From the NCBI GenBank assembly GCA_029253965.1, contig JAQWYM010000077.1, positions 5,863-69,862 of the forward strand: a stretch of DNA of 64,000 nucleotides, given 5' to 3'. Below are positions 44,721 through 53,873 of this stretch, one piece after another. This DNA is from Gammaproteobacteria bacterium (lineage in GTDB: Bacteria > Pseudomonadota > Gammaproteobacteria > UBA4575). The notes under the pieces are model-generated. The model did no database searches and was not told where the DNA came from. It was given only the letters and a program-made list of their open reading frames with translations. Both the position numbers and the translations under genes were made by a program. Position 1 is the first letter of the stretch. Each line of letters begins with the position of its first letter.

Positions 44721-45360
44721 AATTCAAAAGGTCTTCTCAACGCTGGATCAAGCCTTGGCTGTCGATAGTTGGTGGCCAGCAGATGATGCCTTTGAGATTA
44801 TGGTCGGTGCTGTTTTGACACAAAACACGTCATGGACCAATGTTGAAAAAGCGATCCAGCAGTTAAAGCAGCATGAGTTACTCTCCGCAGAAGCCATGTT
44901 GGCCAGTGATGTCGCTTTACTAGCTGAAGTGATACGTCCCTCTGGCTATTACAACGTAAAGACAAAAAGGCTGTTGGCGCTGTGTGACTGGTACCTGCAG
45001 CAGGGTGGGGAGGTGGTGTTGGCAACCTGGCCCATGGCTAAACTGCGTGCTGGTTTACTCGAAGTAAACGGTGTCGGCCCAGAGACAGCCGATGATATTG
45101 TTCTCTATGCCTTCCATCATCCCGTCTTTGTCATCGATGCCTACACTCGGCGAATCTTCTCTAGGCTAGGTTTGCTTAATGAAAAAGCCCCCTATGCAGA
45201 GCTGCAATCGCAGTTTGAGCAGGCCATTCCAGCGGATGTAAAAACTTATGCGCATTACCACGCACTCATTATCGAATTTGGTAAAGAGACCTGTAAGACC
45301 AAACCACGTTGTCAGGCCTGCTGTCTGCGTGATAGATGTGAGTTAGCGCAAGTTTCTTGA
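44683..45360 (+). CDS. HhH-GPD base-excision DNA glycosylase (endonuclease III-related)
   Basis: HhH-GPD motif (LLEVNGVGPETADDIVLYAF, catalytic D) and a C-terminal 4-Cys cluster. The start may lie downstream, since the ORF-track start overlaps rluB by 38 nt. Confidence 0.75.
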   Translation: MNNRSEISLPASKIQKVFSTLDQALAVDSWWPADDAFEIMVGAVLTQNTSWTNVEKAIQQLKQHELLSAEAMLASDVALLAEVIRPSGYYNVKTKRLLALCDWYLQQGGEVVLATWPMAKLRAGLLEVNGVGPETADDIVLYAFHHPVFVIDAYTRRIFSRLGLLNEKAPYAELQSQFEQAIPADVKTYAHYHALIIEFGKETCKTKPRCQACCLRDRCELAQVS

Positions 45361-45490
45361 GAGGTATGCAGCCCAGTAGGGTCTAAAAAGTGGATGGGAG
45401 GTTGTTTTCATATAATTGACAATGTATATTATTTTTTTATTATTACAATTTTGACTGGGAGTTGTATGTAAGCGTATTAACAAGAAAAGT

Positions 45491-46069
45491 ATGCTTGGAT
45501 TTGTGGTTGCTGTTTTATTGAATCAAGGTTTTGTTCATGCGAATGAGGTTGCTCATTGGAGTGACTCAATTTATATCGGTGCGGGTGTAGGGCAACTCAA
45601 AGTGGATAAGAGCTTTTGTAAAATGTTTGAAGACACAACATCCTGTGATAGGAAAGATACAAGTTTCAAATTTTTTGTGGGTTATCAGTTTAATAAATAC
45701 TTTTCAACAGAAGTAGGCTATGTAGGCTTAGGAGAAATCTCACAGAAAGATAGTACAGGCTGGACTGGAGAACGGGAGGTTGACGGATTGATGTTACATG
45801 GTGTGTTTTCTTATCCGTTTACAGATAAAATAAGTGTCAATGCTAAAGTGGGTATTTATTCACTTAACAGGCAAGATACTGGGAGCGGTGGTATTTTTGC
45901 AAAAGCAAAAAATGATGAAGATGTTTCTGAGATCTCTCTAGGTATTGGTCTTGCGTATGATCTGAAAAATGGCTTTGCTTTGCGTGCTGAGTGGGAAAAG
46001 ATAGCTGTAGAGGAAAGCAGTGATGATGGGTTTGATTTGATTACAGCGAGTCTCTTGTACTCTTTTTAA
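45491..46069 (+). CDS. outer-membrane beta-barrel protein (OmpA-like/OMP_b-brl small barrel), paralog 1
   Basis: Signal peptide, alternating amphipathic strands, C-terminal ...SLLYSF Phe. Confidence 0.75.
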   Translation: MLGFVVAVLLNQGFVHANEVAHWSDSIYIGAGVGQLKVDKSFCKMFEDTTSCDRKDTSFKFFVGYQFNKYFSTEVGYVGLGEISQKDSTGWTGEREVDGLMLHGVFSYPFTDKISVNAKVGIYSLNRQDTGSGGIFAKAKNDEDVSEISLGIGLAYDLKNGFALRAEWEKIAVEESSDDGFDLITASLLYSF

Positions 46070-46304
46070 TCAAGACAACATAGTTCAGTCATAAAATAAA
46101 GTGTCATGTCTGAGTCACCTAGGCCTGTTTGAATAGGGAATACTAGACATGCAATTTATCAACCCGCCGATCTGAAAAGCTACTGTAGCTTGAACATTTG
46201 TGACACTGCAGACATCCTTTAGTCAGGGTCTGAGAATGCAAATTATTAACAGTTAATTAATTGTATAATAAGATACTACGCGTATAATTAATCAATTCTG
46301 GTGA

Positions 46305-46907
46305 TTGATTGTTGCGGGAGGCGGAATCATGTCATTTCGAAAAAAAAACACAGTACCTTGTCTGTTGCTGTCCTATTTCATTTTATTGAGTGGCAGTACT
46401 CAAGCGGCTGAAGACTTCTGGTCTGATTTTTATCTGGGCTTTGCTGTCGGTGAGTCAGAGTTGAGTCGGTTTGATGTCTGTGAACAGAGTGCAGTGCAAT
46501 GTGATCTAAAAGAAAGCAGCCAAAAATTTTTTTCTGGCTATGAGTTTAATACCTTCTTTTCAGCTGAATTTGGTTATATGCGATATGGTGGTTTTGAGCT
46601 GGCAACAAATAATGAGAGTCATCTAGTCACAGATATTGATTCTTTATTCATTAACTCATTCTTGTCTTATCCTGTTTTTGAATGGGTCAATGTATTTGGT
46701 AAGTTAGGGCTTAATCGCTGGTCTATTAAGGGTGATTTGTTCGACAAGGAACTATCTTCAAATGATCTGGGGTACGGAATTAGTTATGGCCTTGGCATGA
46801 ATTTTAGTTTGAGTAAAAGCATCGGTATCCGTACTGAGTGGGAGAGGCTGTTCTTAGATAAGAATGAGTCTGATAGTTTAATGGGAAGTGTCATCCTTTC
46901 TTTCTGA
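46305..46907 (+). CDS. outer-membrane beta-barrel protein, paralog 2
   Basis: Same architecture as paralog 1 (FFSGYEFN / FVGYQFN motifs, C-terminal ILSF). Confidence 0.75.
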   Translation: MIVAGGGIMSFRKKNTVPCLLLSYFILLSGSTQAAEDFWSDFYLGFAVGESELSRFDVCEQSAVQCDLKESSQKFFSGYEFNTFFSAEFGYMRYGGFELATNNESHLVTDIDSLFINSFLSYPVFEWVNVFGKLGLNRWSIKGDLFDKELSSNDLGYGISYGLGMNFSLSKSIGIRTEWERLFLDKNESDSLMGSVILSF

Positions 46908-46914
46908 TCTATAT

Positions 46915-47871
46915 ATGAATAAGCCAACTTTATATATTTTATTCCTGATGATCCTTGCGCTCATCATTCTCACCTTGTTGAAGACACAAGGGGTCTCTTA
47001 TGAGCTTACTGAGAAAATCGAAACGCGTCATGAGATCACTAAAGTAGCCGCCAGTAGCTATGTTCGAAAAGGACAACATCGTCCTATCTTCAAATCGGAA
47101 GATATCGCTAATATTGGATTTATAATCGGTTCAAGCTGCGTTGCTGTTATTGATACTGGAGCAAGTTATAACGAAGGTCTTCGCTTGTTAGAGACAATTC
47201 GTGAGCTTACTGCCACACCTATTTGCTATGTGATTAACACCCATGCACACCCAGACCATATGCTCGGCAACAAAGCCTTTCAAGCAGCAGATGTGACATT
47301 TATAGGTCATCATAAACTGGCGCAAAGCTTGGCCTTGGTCGGCGATTTTTTTCTACAACGGTTACGTGCTTCTGAATATGCTACAGCGCAGGATACTAAA
47401 ATCATATTTCCAGATAAGGCGGTTAGTGGCACCCTCGAGCTTGATTTAGGTGATCGTAAGTTACAGCTAACAGCCCACGCTACGGCCCATACCGCTGCTG
47501 ATTTAAGTATTTATGATCCCAAGGATGATGTGTTGTGGCTTGGTGACCTCTTATTCCTGGAACATGTGCCTGCCTTGGATGGCAGCCTTCTCGGTTGGAT
47601 TGCAGAACTCGAAGACTTGCAAGATAAACAGATGACAACTGTCATTCCAGGGCATGGCGCAGTGAATAAGGCTTGGCCGCAGGCTGGTCATGGGCTGTTG
47701 CGTTACCTCAGGGTATTACGTGATGAAACACGCGAGTGGATTGCTGCAGGTGGAGACATAGAAGGGGCTCATGAGCATGTGGGATTGTCAGAGCGTGGTC
47801 TTTGGCAGCAGTTTGATGACTTCCATAAGCGTAATGTGATCAGTGCTTATGCTGAACTTGAGTGGGAGTGA
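46915..47871 (+). CDS. MBL-fold zinc hydrolase, membrane anchored (quinoprotein-relay-type metallohydrolase)
   Basis: HAHPDH zinc motif (INTHAHPDHMLGN). N-terminal TM anchor. Confidence 0.8.
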   Translation: MNKPTLYILFLMILALIILTLLKTQGVSYELTEKIETRHEITKVAASSYVRKGQHRPIFKSEDIANIGFIIGSSCVAVIDTGASYNEGLRLLETIRELTATPICYVINTHAHPDHMLGNKAFQAADVTFIGHHKLAQSLALVGDFFLQRLRASEYATAQDTKIIFPDKAVSGTLELDLGDRKLQLTAHATAHTAADLSIYDPKDDVLWLGDLLFLEHVPALDGSLLGWIAELEDLQDKQMTTVIPGHGAVNKAWPQAGHGLLRYLRVLRDETREWIAAGGDIEGAHEHVGLSERGLWQQFDDFHKRNVISAYAELEWE

Positions 47872-48002
47872 TTAGTGAAGATGTGGGTGATGTTTACATG
47901 GTATTCAGCCAATCAGAACTAGATGATTAACAAGTATTACTAATCAATTTAACGCTTAAGCCCGCCACTCACTGGTTATAATAAACTCTTGTTGATTAAC
48001 GA

Positions 48003-48791
48003 GTGATTATTATGCGCAGTCTTCATTTCATGCTTATTGTTAGCTTTGTGCTCGGTTCAAATGCATTTTCAAGCGATGACGCTTGGCAGTCACATTTGAA
48101 GTCTGATTATTTTGGGGCTAGTGAGATCATTGAGGACGAGTCTATTATGACGATCGATGGTCCTGTGAGAGCGGAAAACGGTGCCATTGTGCCGATACAG
48201 CTGCATGCACAGATTGCTCAGTCGGAAGCATTTTATATCAAGACAGTGACCTTGTTGATTGACGATAACCCTGATCCTCTGGCAGGCATTTTTCATTTCA
48301 CACCTTTGAGTGGTAAAGCTGACCTTGCGTTGCGAGTGCGCTTAAATAGTTATTCTAATGTGCGCGTTATTGCTGAAACCAGTGATGGCAAGTTGCATAT
48401 GAGTAAACGATTTATTAAAGCCAGTGGGGGTTGTTCAGCTCCGGTTGGCACCGATCTTGAGGCTGCTTTTAAACGTATCGGAAAAATGAAATTTAAAGTC
48501 AGTCCTGAAGTAGAACCACAACAATCAAAAAAACTACAGATTGCGATTAGTCATCCCAATGTCACGGGTATGCAAATGAATCAGCAGACTCGTCTTTATG
48601 AGCCGGCACATTATGTACGCAAGGTAAGGATTACCTTCAATGATGACGTGATTTTTTCAGCGGAGACAGGCATCTCTATTAGTGAGAATCCCAACTTTAG
48701 GTTTTATTTCGCAGCACAACAGCCGGGTGATCTGATTGCCCATGTGCAAGACTCGAAAGGGCTAGAGTTCACAGAAACCCTCAATTTATAA
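48003..48791 (+). CDS. fused SoxY-SoxZ-like thiol carrier protein (quinoprotein dehydrogenase-associated type)
   Basis: Signal peptide. The SoxY-like half (AENGAIVPIQL...LLIDDNPDPLAGIFHFTP...) ends in an internal GGC (KASGGCSAP) instead of the C-terminal GGCGG. The SoxZ-like half (IAISHPNVTGMQ...ISENPNFRFYF) follows. Confidence 0.8.
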   Translation: MIIMRSLHFMLIVSFVLGSNAFSSDDAWQSHLKSDYFGASEIIEDESIMTIDGPVRAENGAIVPIQLHAQIAQSEAFYIKTVTLLIDDNPDPLAGIFHFTPLSGKADLALRVRLNSYSNVRVIAETSDGKLHMSKRFIKASGGCSAPVGTDLEAAFKRIGKMKFKVSPEVEPQQSKKLQIAISHPNVTGMQMNQQTRLYEPAHYVRKVRITFNDDVIFSAETGISISENPNFRFYFAAQQPGDLIAHVQDSKGLEFTETLNL

Positions 48792-48816
48792 TCAAAGTTA
48801 TGTGCCCGAAAAAGGC

Positions 48817-49299
48817 TTATAACCCTAGTTCCTCTGATACTGAGAAGTCGACAACACGTTTTAGTAAGTTGTTGGTTTGTTTGCATAAAATCACGCAGTC
48901 CTGAAGTGTTTCTGGTAATAAATGAGCGCTCACATGGACTTTATTAGCGTCCTGCCACACCGCTATCCTGCAGGGCATTACGCTGATAAATCGTGGACTT
49001 ATATCAAGGAATTGTTTCGCAATCTCAAGATTGCATGAGTTAATGATGGTGTATTCTGGAAATGAAATGTCGTGTCTTTCTGCTATGGCTTTACCGACGC
49101 GATTAATCGATGTGACATTATAATTTTCATTACTGATAGCAAAGAGTAATTCTTCAATAACCGTATCAAAGTCTTTACTGGCTGTACTGCGATGATAGCT
49201 TGGGCTGTAGTCCAAGCTATTGCTAGCTGGAGATTGCAGATGGCTGCAAGCCCCTTGAGTCATGATAAAGCAAATAACCAGCGTCAGCTGTCTTAACAT
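48817..49299 (-). CDS. DUF302 family periplasmic protein
   Basis: Signal peptide with Cys, DUF302-like core. Converges on the carrier gene with a 25-nt gap. Confidence 0.65.
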   Translation of the reverse strand: MLRQLTLVICFIMTQGACSHLQSPASNSLDYSPSYHRSTASKDFDTVIEELLFAISNENYNVTSINRVGKAIAERHDISFPEYTIINSCNLEIAKQFLDISPRFISVMPCRIAVWQDANKVHVSAHLLPETLQDCVILCKQTNNLLKRVVDFSVSEELGL

Positions 49300-50339
49300 G
49301 GACTCTCAAGTAAATTGCTTAAAATAGTATTGATCTCAGAGAAGTCTGATTTATCCAGCCCCATCATTGCAAAATGCCCCCATAGACTATCTATAACGAA
49401 TAACTCACTATCGGTGATGAGTTTTTGCTCAAACAAACAGTCTTGCACTGGTATAAACATATCTTCAGAGAACGCTATATAGGATGTTTTTGCTGTAATG
49501 CGTTTCAATGCAGTATTTAAGTTGTTTTGGTAGGGTCGACTGCAGTTACCTTGCTTCCATTTGTCTGCCATTGCTAATAAGGCATTTGCATCCATCGGTG
49601 CAAACCACGCCTGCCAAAAATTACTGATAAATTCTTCTAGTGAGCTAAAGTCTAGGTTGCGCCAAGTTTCTTGCTTATAAAACTTAGTAGAAAGCCCCAT
49701 CATCGCGAAGACGGTTGCCAATCTATTGAGTCCTTCATTGACATCACTGGAGGCCAAATAATTACCATTATTCCAGTGGGGATCGCTGCGTAATGCCTGA
49801 GTGAAGACATCAATAAACAAGCCATCATGAGGGGTACATTGGGCTGTTCCTGCAATGGGTGCCGCACGTTTGACCATTTCTGGATGGGTCACAGCCCATT
49901 CTAAGGTTTGTTGTGCTCCCATTGACCAGCCCGTTACTAGAGCCAGTTCAGTAATACCTAAGCTTTGACATAGTTGATATTGAGCCTCAACATCATCAGC
50001 GATGTCCAAGGCAGGAAAATCACTCATGGCATTAATACTCGGCGTGTTATGCGGTGAGCTTGAAACACCATTACCTAATTGATCAGGGACGATGATGCAG
50101 TAATGTTCAGGGTCTAAGGCGAGCCCTGCTGCAATGTACTGTTTTAAACTGCTGTGTGTTCCGGAAAACATGACGGGGAATAAAATGGCATTACTTGCCT
50201 CTGCGTTAAGCTCACCATGCAGGCTATAGCTGAGCTGCGCATCTTTGATTGAGCCACCACGGCTTAGCTGAAAATCACCGAGACTAAAGTGATAGGCAGC
50301 ACCGATTGACTCTTTGCTGTAGAAATCATTCTTTATCAT
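49293..50339 (-). CDS. MetX-family alpha/beta hydrolase (homoserine O-acyltransferase-like), cytoplasmic
   Basis: MetX N-terminal pattern (...LHGELNAEASNAILFPVMFSG) and nucleophile elbow GWSMGAQQ. No signal peptide. Confidence 0.75.
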   Translation of the reverse strand: MIKNDFYSKESIGAAYHFSLGDFQLSRGGSIKDAQLSYSLHGELNAEASNAILFPVMFSGTHSSLKQYIAAGLALDPEHYCIIVPDQLGNGVSSSPHNTPSINAMSDFPALDIADDVEAQYQLCQSLGITELALVTGWSMGAQQTLEWAVTHPEMVKRAAPIAGTAQCTPHDGLFIDVFTQALRSDPHWNNGNYLASSDVNEGLNRLATVFAMMGLSTKFYKQETWRNLDFSSLEEFISNFWQAWFAPMDANALLAMADKWKQGNCSRPYQNNLNTALKRITAKTSYIAFSEDMFIPVQDCLFEQKLITDSELFVIDSLWGHFAMMGLDKSDFSEINTILSNLLESPC

Positions 50340-50366
50340 GAGCGTGATCCAGTAGTGAAAAGGAGC

Positions 50367-51290
50367 TTAATAATAGCTATCAATAATATCTTTCGTCTTA
50401 GCGTTATAGAGTATCTCGCTGATTAGCCCAAGGTCATAGAGATTTTTGAGCTCACTGAGTTGCTGTTTAATGCTGGCCTGAGTGTTAACCGCTAGCGCAT
50501 CACTACGGCTTGGCTGTGAGTCAGCTGAATTAGCTGTCACCTGCTCGAGTGCTTGGCGTTTCGTTACTGCTTGCAGATCAGACTCAAGTTGGCTGGGGTC
50601 GATGATAAGCCAATCAGGACGTTTTTTCCCCTGGCTGTCTTGCGCCTGTTGTATGCCGCTTAATGCGGTAAACTTCACTGTAAAGTTTTCAAAGATCTGC
50701 TGGCGTGAAGCGAATGAGTGGACTTTTTTATCGGCAACCTTATGGCCATAGAGCCATCTTGCCGAGTGTCGCTGATTGACGGTGGCAAATATAATATGCA
50801 GTTTGTTGTCCTGCCAAAATGCACGACCGGTATTCACCGTGGTGGTGGTTAAGACACCGCCTAAGGTTTGTTTGTTGCCGTGAATTCTAAAGATGATGTC
50901 TTCTTTAGCTGTCGCCTGCTTGAAGGCTTGCTGTAAGGCCTTGGCAAATCGTTGAGCTGCGGTGCGACCAAGTAAGGGCGCGCTAACGATCTGGTTCTTG
51001 CCGGCAATTAAAAACCGTGAGCTCTGCATGTCTTCAACTAAGATATGTTGTAAGGCCTTAAAGAGTGTCTCAGTTGATACAGCTGAAGGGTGGTCATTGG
51101 CGGTGATTGTGATGCCAGTCTGCACTTTATAGCGTTGCTTGCTCAGCCCTTGATCTTGAGCGGCAAGACGAACAAATTGCTCTTCATCGGACCAAATCAC
51201 TTCATTATCTTTGGCTTGCACGCCAAAGCTAGTGAATAAAAGCAGTAATAATAGAAGGTTACATGGATAGTAAGAGCTTAAGGGAAACAT
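50367..51290 (-). CDS. secreted protein with C-terminal SHOCT domain
   Basis: Signal peptide. C-terminal LSELKNLYDLGLISEILYNAKTKDII matches the SHOCT short C-terminal domain pattern. Confidence 0.6.
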   Translation of the reverse strand: MFPLSSYYPCNLLLLLLLFTSFGVQAKDNEVIWSDEEQFVRLAAQDQGLSKQRYKVQTGITITANDHPSAVSTETLFKALQHILVEDMQSSRFLIAGKNQIVSAPLLGRTAAQRFAKALQQAFKQATAKEDIIFRIHGNKQTLGGVLTTTTVNTGRAFWQDNKLHIIFATVNQRHSARWLYGHKVADKKVHSFASRQQIFENFTVKFTALSGIQQAQDSQGKKRPDWLIIDPSQLESDLQAVTKRQALEQVTANSADSQPSRSDALAVNTQASIKQQLSELKNLYDLGLISEILYNAKTKDIIDSYY

Positions 51291-51433
51291 ATCAGACGCC
51301 ATATTTAGATTAATTAAATCTATTATAGGCTGCTGTAATTAAAATGAAAAGTCGAGCTAAAAAAAAGAGCGTGTCCGATCATACGGGCACGCTCTTTGAA
51401 GTTTCCTCAGCAGAGGAAATTCAGTCTTTCAAC

Positions 51434-52699
51434 TTAGAAGAACAGGATCGCACCTAGCGATATTGTCTCTTCCTCAGCTTTATTACCACTGTGTGCTTCA
51501 GACTTGGTCTTTGTGAACTCAGCCACAAGGTTTAGACCATTACCAACCGGATGGTAGGCGCCAACAATAAACGACTCATTAGTCTTAACTAAGTCTGAAT
51601 CTTTCTCAGCTTTATTAGCATCAAGGTTACTTTCACCATAACTAACACCCAGGTTAGTACCTAGATCAGGTACGGTGTACATACCCTGCAGGTAGAAACC
51701 GTCAGAATCACGTTCCTTGCCATCACTATCAAAGGCATCGACTAGGAAACCAGTGGTACCGATACCTTCACCTGTGTAGTAGTAAGCGACAAAGCTAGCA
51801 GGGCCAACAGCATACTTAGCACCAATGTCATAGCCAGCAGCCGTTGAACCATCTTCAGTTAAAGTTGCATCTTCAAATTCTACTTTTTGGCGAATGAAAC
51901 CTGCCCATAACTTACCACCATCAAAGGCATAATTAACCTTTGCTTCCATGCCATAGTCATTTTTCTCTTGACTACCAGTAACACCTGTTGTGCTGAAGCT
52001 AGAACCTGCAATTGTACTAGCACCCCATGGGTCGGTTAAGGCTAGGTTGAAACTAAAGCCATTATAGTCAGGTGAGAGGTATTGAATCTGAGCCTTCCAG
52101 TCAGCATAGACATAACCTACACCAATACGACCTAGTGTGGTGTTACCACCACTAGCAGATAAATCAGACACCGTACCGACACCATAGAGAGTCATGTCAT
52201 TCAGGATTGCGTCTGAGCCAAATAAGCCAATATCACGGCCTAACTTGAGTGTTCCCCAAGCACTTTTATTGCCAAACTCAACGAAGACTTGACGAAAATT
52301 TGAGACGTTATTACCTAAGGCGCCATCTTGGTTTGAACCTATTCCAGTATTAGTATCGACACCCGGTTGGAAGCCAATGTTTAAGCCGGTGTAAAAGCCG
52401 TCATCATTCGTGGTGTTAGCGCTGAAGCTAAACCATGCTGGTAACAAGCCGGTTTGAACGTTCTTACTTTTGTAATCTGTGCCATTAGAACCACAAGCCA
52501 AACCACCAGCAACGGTATTGCCTGCTGTTTTAGCATTACAATCGATGTTGGTTGAAAAAGCATTAATGTTGCCACTGAACTGCAGCGTCCAGTCACCAGC
52601 ATTAAGCTCTAAACCAGCATGACTCGTCATTGGCGGGACTAAAAAGCTAAGCAACAACGGCAGTTGTAACCACTTTTTACTAGGTGTTGTTATTTTCAT
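51434..52699 (-). CDS. outer-membrane porin (general beta-barrel porin)
   Basis: Signal peptide. Gly/aromatic-rich alternating strands. C-terminal GAILFF. Confidence 0.7.
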   Translation of the reverse strand: MKITTPSKKWLQLPLLLSFLVPPMTSHAGLELNAGDWTLQFSGNINAFSTNIDCNAKTAGNTVAGGLACGSNGTDYKSKNVQTGLLPAWFSFSANTTNDDGFYTGLNIGFQPGVDTNTGIGSNQDGALGNNVSNFRQVFVEFGNKSAWGTLKLGRDIGLFGSDAILNDMTLYGVGTVSDLSASGGNTTLGRIGVGYVYADWKAQIQYLSPDYNGFSFNLALTDPWGASTIAGSSFSTTGVTGSQEKNDYGMEAKVNYAFDGGKLWAGFIRQKVEFEDATLTEDGSTAAGYDIGAKYAVGPASFVAYYYTGEGIGTTGFLVDAFDSDGKERDSDGFYLQGMYTVPDLGTNLGVSYGESNLDANKAEKDSDLVKTNESFIVGAYHPVGNGLNLVAEFTKTKSEAHSGNKAEEETISLGAILFF

Positions 52700-52928
52700 G
52701 AATGGTGTCTCCAAATATTCATTGTTAAGGGCATCTGATTGTCTTCAACCCACAAATTGCAAAATGCAAATTTAATTAAGCAATACATTAATAACATAAA
52801 TTAATCATATTTATTAATAATAATACGGGTCATCCGTGTAATTCAAGATGAATTGAATGTATTGATTTAATGAATATCTGAGAGTGTTGTTTATATGACT
52901 AAGAAGAGGTGAAAATTCGGTTTAGTGA

Positions 52929-53873
52929 TTATCTGATGAAACGACCAAAGGCACGACTGCCATTACCTGTAGCAATACGCTTGATTAATTTAAATTCTAC
53001 GGTGTCTAAAACATAGACCTCATTATCAAACCAGCTGCTGACATAGAGACGTTTGCCATCAGGGTGTGCACTTAGTCCTTCGGGGAAGGTACCGACAGCG
53101 ATACGGCCTCTGGCTTGCCAGCTGCCTATGTCAAACAGGCTGATCGAATCATCTTTTTGGTTGGAGACGATTAAGTGTTTATCATCAATGCTGGTGGTGA
53201 CGGCATAGGGGCTACTTCCGGTTTGTAACTGTATGACCTCATGCAGAGTAACTGTATCAATAACGCTGACAGAGTCACTGCCAACATTGGCACTGAATAA
53301 CCATTTTCCAGAGTAGCTTAGGGCGAGACCAAAGGGCTTATGACCCAGCTTAATCGTATTGACGACTTTAAATTTTGTCAGGTCAATGACAGAGAGGCTG
53401 TCATCATCGCGGTTGGCAACATAAAGAGATTGACCATTAGGGTGCGTAACAATCCCTGCTGGACTCTTGCCAACTTTTATCTCATGAAGTAATTGGTAAT
53501 CTTCGCTGTTGTAGATACGCAGCATTCCTTCATACCAATCGACAACATAAAGATGTTTATCGTCGCTGCTTATGGCGATACCGAGTGGCCCACTACCCGA
53601 TGTAAAGGTATGGCTGACAGATAATGTTTGGCTATCAATAACGCTGATGGTTGCAGCGTCAGGGCTGCTGATGAAACAGGTGCTGCCCGTAATGTTGACA
53701 GCGACACCTGCTGGCCCTGAAGCCACAGTGAGAGTCTTGATGACTTCATCACTGTGAGTGTCAATGACTGAAACAGTGTCATCACCCTGATTGGTGATAA
53801 AAGCGTAAGGTTGAGCCAATAAGACACTATTGAAACTGCTAGCTATGATGAGGCCAGCAATGAATGCCTTCAT
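52929..53873 (-). CDS. YVTN-family beta-propeller protein (PQQ-dependent catabolism-associated type)
   Basis: Repeated V.VIDT / YV.N motifs. Start overlaps the upstream stop (ATGA), so it is part of the pqq transcript. Confidence 0.75.
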   Translation of the reverse strand: MKAFIAGLIIASSFNSVLLAQPYAFITNQGDDTVSVIDTHSDEVIKTLTVASGPAGVAVNITGSTCFISSPDAATISVIDSQTLSVSHTFTSGSGPLGIAISSDDKHLYVVDWYEGMLRIYNSEDYQLLHEIKVGKSPAGIVTHPNGQSLYVANRDDDSLSVIDLTKFKVVNTIKLGHKPFGLALSYSGKWLFSANVGSDSVSVIDTVTLHEVIQLQTGSSPYAVTTSIDDKHLIVSNQKDDSISLFDIGSWQARGRIAVGTFPEGLSAHPDGKRLYVSSWFDNEVYVLDTVEFKLIKRIATGNGSRAFGRFIR

